Source of the DNA: a candidate division WWE3 bacterium UBA1379 | GTDB taxonomy: Bacteria; Patescibacteriota; WWE3; UBA101185; UBA10185 | Reading direction: 5' to 3' | Assembly (NCBI GenBank): GCA_002305475.1 | Contig: DBRB01000015.1 | Coordinates: 72,987 to 136,986 of the forward strand | Length of the DNA stretch: 64,000 nt | In this document: in pieces, positions 57,537-64,000 of the stretch | Layout: every line of letters starts with the position of its first letter | Position numbering within the stretch: position 1 is the first letter of the stretch | The notes under the pieces: generated by a model | What the model saw: only the letters and a program-made list of their open reading frames with translations | Databases searched by the model: none | Told to the model about the DNA's origin: nothing | Program-made: the position numbers and the translations under genes

Positions 57537-59813
57537 ATGAAGAAAATATCTGCCCACGTACTGTGGTTTAAACAGGTTAGAAAAACGGACATCCCGATAG
57601 TCGGGGGAAAAGGTGCTAACCTGGGCGAAATGACCCATGCAGGTATTCCAGTTCCAAACGGTTTTATTGTTACAGCCGCCGCCTATTATGACTTTCTAAA
57701 AGGAACTTCTTTAAGACAAAAAATATTAACCGAACTATCCGGCTTGGATGTTAATGATTCAAAAGAGCTTCAGGCAGCATCCAAAAGGATAAAGACGGCA
57801 ATTTTAGCTGCGGATATGCCGGATGAATTAGCCGTAAAAATAAAGGAATTTTATCATGATCTATGCGGGGAACATGACAAACCGGTGGCTGTCAGATCAT
57901 CAGCTACTGCGGAGGATCTACCCGATGCATCATTTGCCGGTCAGCAGGAAACATATTTAAATGTGTGCGGATACAAAGATGTGGTGAAAAGTGTACAAAA
58001 ATGCTGGGCTTCACTGTTTGAAGCAAGAGCAATATTTTACAGGACAACAAACGGATTTAGCCATTTCAAGGTCGGTATAGCAGTACCGGTTCAATTAATG
58101 GTACAGTCGGATATCTCAGGAATTATGTTTACTGTAAATCCTCTCACTAATGAGTTGAGTGAGGTATCCATAGAAGCTGCCTATGGTTTGGGACAACCGG
58201 TAGTTTCCGGAGAATTGACCCCGGATCAGTTTATTGTTGATAAAAAGACTTTAAAGATTAAAGAAAAACAAATAGCCAAACAGACCTGGCAGCTAACTAA
58301 GGCAGGAAATGTTCCTATATCAAGAGCTTATCAAACTAAACAGAAGATGAGCGATCTGTTTGTGAAACGCTTGGCGGAAATCGGAATTAAAATTGAAGAA
58401 CATTACGGAAGACCGATGGATATTGAATGGGGTATGGAAAACAAGAAGTTGTATATTGTACAGGCCAGACCGGTTACTACCTTAAAAGCCAAGGAAATGA
58501 AGGAAGTTACAAAAATTGATGAGAAATTGGTAGGAAAATATATTCTTGAAGGATTGGGTGCATCTCCTGGTGTGGCAAGTGGTCCGGTTAAAATGGTTCA
58601 CAATTATAAAGAGATTGATAAAGTAAAAGAAGGAGATGTATTGGTTGCAGTCATGACTAATCCGGATTATGTTCCCGCTATGAAAAGAGCAAGTGCAATA
58701 GTGACTGATGAGGGTGGAAGAACCTGTCATGCAGCCATTGTTTCCAGAGAATTGGGTGTACCTGCAGTAGTCGGTTCTGTTAATGCCACAAAACTTTTAA
58801 AGGACGGAGAAATTATTACGGTAGATGGAAATGAAGGCAAGGTGTATGAGGGGAATATTACAATTACGGAGGAAGTAAAAGATACAACAGGAATTGATGC
58901 ATCAAGAATTAAAACTGCAACGAAGTTGTATGTAAACCTGGCCGAGCCTGAACTTGCCGAAGATATGGCAAAAAATAATGTAGATGGTGTGGGTTTGTTA
59001 AGAGCAGAGTTTATGATAGCTCAGATCGGTGTTCACCCAAGAAAATTTATTAAAGATGGAAAAAGCCACGAATTTGTGAAGAAGCTAGCTGATGGTATGG
59101 AGAAATTTGCCAAAGCATTTGATAAGCGACCTGTTGTCTATCGTTTTACTGACTTCAGATCCAATGAATACGCAAATCTTAAAGGCGGAGCAGAATATGA
59201 AAGACCTGAACCTAACCCGATGATTGGTTATCGTGGTACAGGGAGATATCTGGATGATCCTGAAGTATTTAAGCTTGAAATTGAAGCAATAAAAATTGTC
59301 AGAAATAAAAAAGGCTTAAAGAATCTGCATGTGATGTTTCCTTTTGTCAGAACCGTCGAGCAGCTTAGAGAAGTCAAAAAATTAATGTCATCATACGGAT
59401 TAAGACGGGGAGGTCTGTTTAAAGTATGGATGATGGTAGAAATACCATCAAATGTGATTCTTCTTGATGAATTTATCAAAGAGGGAATAGACGGAGTCAG
59501 TATCGGTTCAAATGATCTGACTATGCTTATACTTGGAGTTGATCGGGATAATGAAAAGGTTGCTCCGATTTACAGTGAAATGGATCCGGCGGTGTTGGCC
59601 AGTTTTGAAAAAATTGTTACCACTTGTAAAAAACACAGAGTAACCTGCTCTATGTGCGGACAGGCTCCGTCAGTATATCCTGAACTGGTGGATAAACTAG
59701 TGCACTGGGGTATCACATCTGTTTCAGTCAGTCCCGATGTGATCGATAAGACCAGGCTGATTGTATACGAAGCAGAAAAGAAGCTGTTAAAAAACAGACA
59801 TGTGAAAAAGTAA
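57537..59813 (+). CDS. ppsA: Phosphoenolpyruvate synthase (pyruvate, water dikinase)
   Basis: An N-terminal ATP-grasp, the central phospho-His domain GGRTCHAAIVSRELGVPAVVG, and a C-terminal PEP-utilising TIM barrel. SD AGGAG sits 8 nt before the ATG. 758 aa. Confidence 0.85.
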   Translation: MKKISAHVLWFKQVRKTDIPIVGGKGANLGEMTHAGIPVPNGFIVTAAAYYDFLKGTSLRQKILTELSGLDVNDSKELQAASKRIKTAILAADMPDELAVKIKEFYHDLCGEHDKPVAVRSSATAEDLPDASFAGQQETYLNVCGYKDVVKSVQKCWASLFEARAIFYRTTNGFSHFKVGIAVPVQLMVQSDISGIMFTVNPLTNELSEVSIEAAYGLGQPVVSGELTPDQFIVDKKTLKIKEKQIAKQTWQLTKAGNVPISRAYQTKQKMSDLFVKRLAEIGIKIEEHYGRPMDIEWGMENKKLYIVQARPVTTLKAKEMKEVTKIDEKLVGKYILEGLGASPGVASGPVKMVHNYKEIDKVKEGDVLVAVMTNPDYVPAMKRASAIVTDEGGRTCHAAIVSRELGVPAVVGSVNATKLLKDGEIITVDGNEGKVYEGNITITEEVKDTTGIDASRIKTATKLYVNLAEPELAEDMAKNNVDGVGLLRAEFMIAQIGVHPRKFIKDGKSHEFVKKLADGMEKFAKAFDKRPVVYRFTDFRSNEYANLKGGAEYERPEPNPMIGYRGTGRYLDDPEVFKLEIEAIKIVRNKKGLKNLHVMFPFVRTVEQLREVKKLMSSYGLRRGGLFKVWMMVEIPSNVILLDEFIKEGIDGVSIGSNDLTMLILGVDRDNEKVAPIYSEMDPAVLASFEKIVTTCKKHRVTCSMCGQAPSVYPELVDKLVHWGITSVSVSPDVIDKTRLIVYEAEKKLLKNRHVKK

Positions 59814-59830
59814 AAACCGGAAGAATTATC

Positions 59831-61057
59831 ATGGCTAAGATTAAAAGTATCACTGCCCATAAAATGCTGAATTCCCGTTCAGACTGGACTATCAGTACAC
59901 GGGTTATTCTAGATGACGGTTCTATCGGCGTGGAATTTGTTCCGGATGGTGCTTCCAAAGGCATTAATGAATCAATTTATCTTCCTGCAGATCAAGCGGT
60001 GGAGAAAGTTAATACAGTCGTATTAGCTCGATTAAAGGGCCTGGATGCTTCAGATCAGAAAAACATCGATAATATACTTTGCGAAATGGATGGAACGGAA
60101 AATGATAGAGTACTCGGTGGTAACAGTATACTTTCAATTTCTCTAGCAGTAGCAAAAGCATCGGCACAATCCGCTCAGAATCCTTTATACAAATATCTTG
60201 CTGAATTATTTGGAAACAAGGAAAGCTTAAGGCTTCCTACTCCTGTTTTTAATATCCTTAACGGAGGAAAACACGCTCAGAATGATCTATCATTTCAGGA
60301 GTTCATGGTAATCCCTTCTCCGAATTTTTCCTATCCTCAGGCTTTGGAAGTAGGAGTGAATATATATAAAGGGTTGAAAAAAGAACTGCATGACAATGGG
60401 TACAGTACCGGTGTGGGTGATGAAGGTGGTTTTGCACCCACAGGATTTAATCCAAAAACTGCGCTTAATATGATCAAAAATGTTGCCAAAAAAGATTACC
60501 ATCCTGGAGAGGATGTATTTTTTGGAATGGATATTGCAGCAGAGTCATTCTGGAATGGAAAAGAATATGAAATTAAGGAAGAAAGTCTTAAATTGGATGC
60601 GGAAAGTCTGATGAATTATTACGCGGACTTATTAAAAGAATATGAACTTATATATATGGAGGATCCCTACTTTGAACAAGACAGATCGGGATGGTATGAA
60701 TTTCACCAGAGGTACGGAAAAAAGCTGATGGTGGTGGCGGATGATCTGGTGGTGACTAATCCTAAATTTTTAAAAACAGCAATTGAAGAAAAACTGGCTA
60801 ATGCAGTAATTGTGAAACCAAATCAGGTAGGCACATTAACTGAAACACTCGAATTTATAAAAATGGCTAAAAAAGCAGGAATGAGCATAGTTGTATCACA
60901 CAGAAGCGGAGATACAGCAGAAGATACTTTTATTTCTGATCTTGCAGCAGCGGTTGGTGCAGAGTTTATTAAAAGCGGAGCACCGGCAAGAGGGGAAAGA
61001 GTAGCTAAATATAATCGACTGTTGGAAATCTATTATGAAATAGAAAACCGGATCTAG
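59831..61057 (+). CDS. eno: Enolase (phosphopyruvate hydratase)
   Basis: 408 aa. SHRSGDTAEDTFISDLAAAVGAEFIKSGAPARGERVAKYNRLLEI and the other enolase signatures. Confidence 0.95.
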   Translation: MAKIKSITAHKMLNSRSDWTISTRVILDDGSIGVEFVPDGASKGINESIYLPADQAVEKVNTVVLARLKGLDASDQKNIDNILCEMDGTENDRVLGGNSILSISLAVAKASAQSAQNPLYKYLAELFGNKESLRLPTPVFNILNGGKHAQNDLSFQEFMVIPSPNFSYPQALEVGVNIYKGLKKELHDNGYSTGVGDEGGFAPTGFNPKTALNMIKNVAKKDYHPGEDVFFGMDIAAESFWNGKEYEIKEESLKLDAESLMNYYADLLKEYELIYMEDPYFEQDRSGWYEFHQRYGKKLMVVADDLVVTNPKFLKTAIEEKLANAVIVKPNQVGTLTETLEFIKMAKKAGMSIVVSHRSGDTAEDTFISDLAAAVGAEFIKSGAPARGERVAKYNRLLEIYYEIENRI

Positions 61058-61078
61058 AATTAAAATAAAGATCCGGTA
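61045..61078. terminator. Terminator-like hairpin overlapping the eno stop codon
   Basis: ACCGGATCT-(13-nt loop)-AGATCCGGT, a 9-bp perfect inverted repeat. The U-rich tract lies only on the minus-strand side. Confidence 0.35.
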
Positions 61079-61396
61079 TTAAAAACAGTGAGTATAAATA
61101 ATCTTCTCATGCATCCTTATGTGAAATTCTACTTTGCATTCTTTACACCTTCCTTTTCGCATCTTATTGCCGTAGGTAAAATGAAGATCCACTTGATTAC
61201 CGCATCCACAAATTAATGTTTCTTGGCTTAAGGGAAAGAAATTTTGTGTATTAAATGTACACTTAATCGCAACACTTGAAGTTTTGTGTACCCATCCATG
61301 TTTATTATCAATAATTTCTTTATTTAAACTGCTAAATTTCTTTATCCACAATCTCCAGCTCTCACTAATGCTTTCGATTTCCCAGAATTCTCTCAT
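61079..61396 (-). CDS. Hypothetical protein with a C-terminal Cys cluster (CGCGN...CKEC, zinc-ribbon-like)
   Basis: 105-aa ORF with a hairpin immediately downstream. No family assigned. Confidence 0.3.
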   Translation of the reverse strand: MREFWEIESISESWRLWIKKFSSLNKEIIDNKHGWVHKTSSVAIKCTFNTQNFFPLSQETLICGCGNQVDLHFTYGNKMRKGRCKECKVEFHIRMHEKIIYTHCF

Positions 61397-61474
61397 CCTG
61401 TCCTCCCATTTAGAAGATGAAACATATTATAATATCGCTATAAGATAAAATCAAATAGTTGTTATGTATTTTAA

Positions 61475-62164
61475 TTATTGAATTGAATATGCAGCGTAAT
61501 CCTGAGCTAAGGGAGTTTCTACAATAGCTGTTTCTTCATCATTTAAGTGTTCAAAATATCTTCTAAACCCTCTGATACTGTTCCCATGGCAAGATACTGC
61601 AACATTCATTTTGAATTGTTTCATTAAAGGTACTATTTCATCAATAAACTCATAGACTCTTTTACAGACCATTTCAATACTCTCTCCATTGGGAGGAATG
61701 TGATCAAATGATCTTCTATCCAACTTTAACTGTTCTGGATTTTCCAAGGCAACCATAAGTTTGCTTGTTCCTTGTAAATCACCGTAGCATCTTTCCCTTA
61801 ATCTTTTATCCTGATGTATCTCCATATCTTTTATTCTTTCATTCAGACTGACTGCAATCTGCATGGTTTTTACCGCTCGGATTTGATCGGATGCAATCAG
61901 CATATCCAGTTTTTTATCCTTCAATTTTTCTGCCAGTACTTTTGCCTGTCTTATCCCTTCATCCGTTAAATCCACATTCCTCCATCCGCTGAATATAAAA
62001 TCGGCATTGTCGGTTGTCTGTCCGTGACGGAAAACATACAAAATAGGGTACTCGAGATTTTCATCTTTAGGTAACGGTGTAATTTTTTTGTATGTAAGTA
62101 GTTCAACAGCCTGATCAATTTTTTCTTTAGGATATTTTTCTATAATCTGAGGATCGATATTCAT
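61475..62164 (-). CDS. Histidine-phosphatase superfamily protein, 2,3-bisphosphoglycerate-dependent phosphoglycerate-mutase-like
   Basis: LYVFRHGQTTDN...SGWRNVDLTDEG matches the dPGM N-terminal RHG-x-x-x-N...GW-x-D-x-x-L-x-x-x-G pattern. 229 aa, adjacent to eno. Confidence 0.65.
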   Translation of the reverse strand: MNIDPQIIEKYPKEKIDQAVELLTYKKITPLPKDENLEYPILYVFRHGQTTDNADFIFSGWRNVDLTDEGIRQAKVLAEKLKDKKLDMLIASDQIRAVKTMQIAVSLNERIKDMEIHQDKRLRERCYGDLQGTSKLMVALENPEQLKLDRRSFDHIPPNGESIEMVCKRVYEFIDEIVPLMKQFKMNVAVSCHGNSIRGFRRYFEHLNDEETAIVETPLAQDYAAYSIQ

Positions 62165-62187
62165 ACGCTATTAAAAGCATATCATGT

Positions 62188-62883
62188 ATGTTATTATTTC
62201 TGAATATGTCGGAATTCTTTAGCGCACTTTTCAGCCACGATTTAAAAAATTTGATAGAACAGATAGGATATATCGGTGTCTGGGGAATCATTTTTGCTGA
62301 ATCCGGATTATTATTTGGGTTTTTTCTTCCGGGGGATAGTCTGATATTTACAGCAGGTCTCCTTGCTTCACCATTATTTAATTTTTTTAATATCTGGATT
62401 TTAATTACCGGTTCGTGGGTTGCAGCAATTGTGGGTGATAATGTGGGTTACGAATTCGGAAAAAGAGTGGGACGAAAACTTTTTAAAAAAGAAAAATCTA
62501 TCCTATTTAATCCTAAAAACCTTTTAAAAGCACAGGAATTTTATGAAAAACACGGAGGTAAAGCTATAGTTCTGGCAAGATTTATGCCGATAGTAAGAAC
62601 ATTTGCTCCCATTGTTGCAGGAATAGCTCATATGGATCACAAAAGATTTACATTATTTAATGCTATTGGAGGAACATTATGGGTTTGGGGTTTAACTTTA
62701 GCAGGATACTTTTTGGGTAGCATAATCCCCGATGTTGATAAATATTTACTACCAATTATTGGTTTGATTGTAATATTTTCCGTCCTTCCTCCCGTTCTGC
62801 ACTTGTATAAGGAGAATAAAAAGAGTTGGGATCAAAAGTTACTGGAGAATTTCCAACTCATCAGACATCGTTTGTTCAAATAA
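62188..62883 (+). CDS. DedA-family membrane protein (VTT/SNARE-associated domain)
   Basis: GYIGVWGIIFAESGLLFGFFLPGDSLIFTAG motif. The start may be the downstream ATG at 62206. Confidence 0.8.
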   Translation: MLLFLNMSEFFSALFSHDLKNLIEQIGYIGVWGIIFAESGLLFGFFLPGDSLIFTAGLLASPLFNFFNIWILITGSWVAAIVGDNVGYEFGKRVGRKLFKKEKSILFNPKNLLKAQEFYEKHGGKAIVLARFMPIVRTFAPIVAGIAHMDHKRFTLFNAIGGTLWVWGLTLAGYFLGSIIPDVDKYLLPIIGLIVIFSVLPPVLHLYKENKKSWDQKLLENFQLIRHRLFK

Positions 62884-62915
62884 CCTAATTATAAATAAAG
62901 AAAGGAGAAGGCGAA

Positions 62916-63098
62916 TTGGGTAATTCAGGTAAATCCCGAAAGGATTGGAGATCTTCATCTGGGGGTATTAATATCAATAACAACAGACCAGAAAATGAAA
63001 AATCCACATCGGAATTGGAAACACATTGTAAGGTAAGATCGTATCCCCCAATTAAGAATGGACACAGAACAAAAACTATACCTAATAATGGAAAGTAG
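62916..63098 (+). CDS. Possible small basic protein (60 aa, rich in N/S/K/R)
   Basis: TTG start preceded by AAAGGAGAAGG at good spacing. It is followed by an intrinsic terminator. Composition is of low complexity, so coding is uncertain. Confidence 0.2.
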   Translation: MGNSGKSRKDWRSSSGGININNNRPENEKSTSELETHCKVRSYPPIKNGHRTKTIPNNGK

Positions 63099-63109
63099 GG
63101 GGATACTTC

Positions 63110-63144
63110 AGCCGGGTATTATTTTCGCCCGGCTTTGTTTTTTT
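63110..63144 (+). terminator. Intrinsic terminator (plus-strand orientation)
   Basis: AGCCGGG-(11-nt loop)-CCCGGCT followed by TTGTTTTTTT. Confidence 0.65.
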
Positions 63145-63154
63145 AGAATAAATA

Positions 63155-63784
63155 CTATCTGAATTTTCTAATCACACCAGTGACTTTGCCCTGTATGGTT
63201 AGAGATTCTGCATCCACTATGATTGGATCCATGTTGTCGTTTGCGGGCTGTAGACGTATTTTCCCGTTCTTTTCTCTGTAAAAAGTCTTTAAAGTGGCAA
63301 AGTTGTTATCAATTAATGCCACCACGATTTCTCCATTTTCTGCCGTGTTCTGCTGTTGAATTACCACGTAATCTCCGTCGAAGATGCCCTCTTTAATCAT
63401 TGAATCCCCACGTACCTGAAGAACATAACAGCGTTTTGAGCGTGTTACCAGATCAGGGGAGACTAAAATGGTTTCGTTAGGATTTTCAATCGCATCAATG
63501 GGTTGACCGGCAGCAATAAAGCCTACTACCGGAAGTTCAATACCATTCAGTGCTGCGTTAACTTTTTCATCAAGGATTTCTATTCCTCTGACAGCGCCTT
63601 CATATCTTTTAATTACACCTTTTTTAACCAAAGCCTGTAAGTGTTCATGAACCGTGGCTAAAGAAGACAGACCCATGGCATCCGCGATTTCCTGCAGAGT
63701 AGGTGAAGTACTATTCTGTTGTATATACTGGGAAATATAATCTAAAATTTGACGCTGCTTTCTGTATAAAGTTATAGGACTCAT
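63155..63784 (-). CDS. lexA: LexA repressor (S24 self-cleaving peptidase plus wHTH)
   Basis: N-terminal wHTH (QRQILDYI...PTLQEIADAMGLSS...VHEHLQAL), cleavage site VVGFIAAGQP (Ala-Gly), catalytic Ser in VRGDSM and Lys in GKVTGVIRKF. 209 aa. Confidence 0.9.
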   Translation of the reverse strand: MSPITLYRKQRQILDYISQYIQQNSTSPTLQEIADAMGLSSLATVHEHLQALVKKGVIKRYEGAVRGIEILDEKVNAALNGIELPVVGFIAAGQPIDAIENPNETILVSPDLVTRSKRCYVLQVRGDSMIKEGIFDGDYVVIQQQNTAENGEIVVALIDNNFATLKTFYREKNGKIRLQPANDNMDPIIVDAESLTIQGKVTGVIRKFR

Positions 63785-63838
63785 TAGATTCCTTTCTGGG
63801 CATAAAGCCTGAAATATATTTGGTATTTCTTTGGGTTA

Positions 63839-63868
63839 ATAATAACGAATGTTACCCGAAACTGTCAA
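63839..63868 (-). promoter_or_regulatory. Candidate lexA promoter with an overlapping imperfect palindrome (possible SOS box)
   Basis: Minus-strand read: -35 TTGACA (63863-63868), 18-nt spacer, -10 TATTAT (63839-63844). TAACATTCGTTA (63843-63854), of the form TAAC-N4-GTTA, overlaps the spacer and -10. It is reminiscent of GAAC-N4-GTTC but does not match it. Confidence 0.25.
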
Positions 63869-64000
63869 CAGGTATTTTATTGAATATATAGTATTCCATT
63901 CTCTTTTATAATACCCATACAAAACCCAAAAATATTGTGTTACAATCTTTTTGTGTTTGAACTTAAATCAACCTACAAGCCAACAGGCGATCAACCCCTG

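Noticed and set aside
1-64000. Mobile elements, CRISPR arrays, tRNA/rRNA genes, phage or defence systems
   Set aside because: No transposase/integrase-like ORFs, no repeat-spacer arrays and no tRNA-like cloverleaf candidates were found in intergenic regions (the longest are 35186-35531, 54595-54794 and 63785-64000). No nuclease/helicase/ATPase gene pairs typical of defence islands were found. The glycan island is not flanked by recognisable integration signatures within the window.

Overview
This is a 64-kb window from an AT-rich (about one-third GC by eye), densely coding bacterial genome. It uses the standard genetic code and ribosome-binding sites are visible at several starts. No rRNA, tRNA, CRISPR array, transposase or integrase was found.

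Layout:
(1) Positions 1-43.3 kb are one very large cell-surface glycan biosynthesis island. It holds about 8 GT4-type (Rossmann-fold) and 3 GT2-type (polyprenyl-phosphate) glycosyltransferases and about 6 large polytopic GT-C-like membrane proteins, one of which is a 969-aa fusion of an O-antigen-ligase-like domain to an ArnT/PMT-like domain. It also holds a PglC-like initiating phosphoglycosyltransferase next to a DUF4012-like protein, a Wzx-like flippase, two SAM methyltransferases, an HprK-like kinase-domain protein, and a 3-amino-sugar module. That module is a Gfo/Idh/MocA oxidoreductase plus a DegT aminotransferase plus a fused GATase-II::WbpG-like amidotransferase. A seven-gene ACP-based acyl-decoration cassette is also present: ACP, FabG-like SDR, adenylating ligase, LuxE-like, LuxC-like, AcpS and a hexapeptide acyltransferase. 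A seryl... correction: an aspartyl-tRNA synthetase gene (archaeal-like short form) with a T-box-like leader sits inside the island at 35.5 kb.
(2) Positions 43.4-47.6 kb hold a minus-strand surface-protein cluster shaped like the Firmicute csc / WxL system: a small WxL-like protein, a CscA-like membrane-anchored protein broken by a single in-frame TAA, and a large WxL-like protein. A Crp-family regulator and a Crp/Fnr-type palindrome sit upstream.
(3) Positions 47.6-64 kb are housekeeping: glycyl-tRNA synthetase (alpha2 type), a GH43 hydrolase with atypical composition, mraZ-rsmH-ftsL-ftsI with a periodic MraZ-operator-like repeat array, a response regulator and histidine kinase, a phosphohexomutase, PEP synthase, enolase, a dPGM-like phosphatase, DedA and LexA.

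Most interesting items: the acyl-decoration cassette; the fused class-II glutaminase::sugar amidotransferase; the ligase-ArnT fusion; the csc/WxL-like cluster with its regulator site; a tandem pair of divergent small genes with conserved termini (30.1-30.9 kb); and the structured aspS leader.
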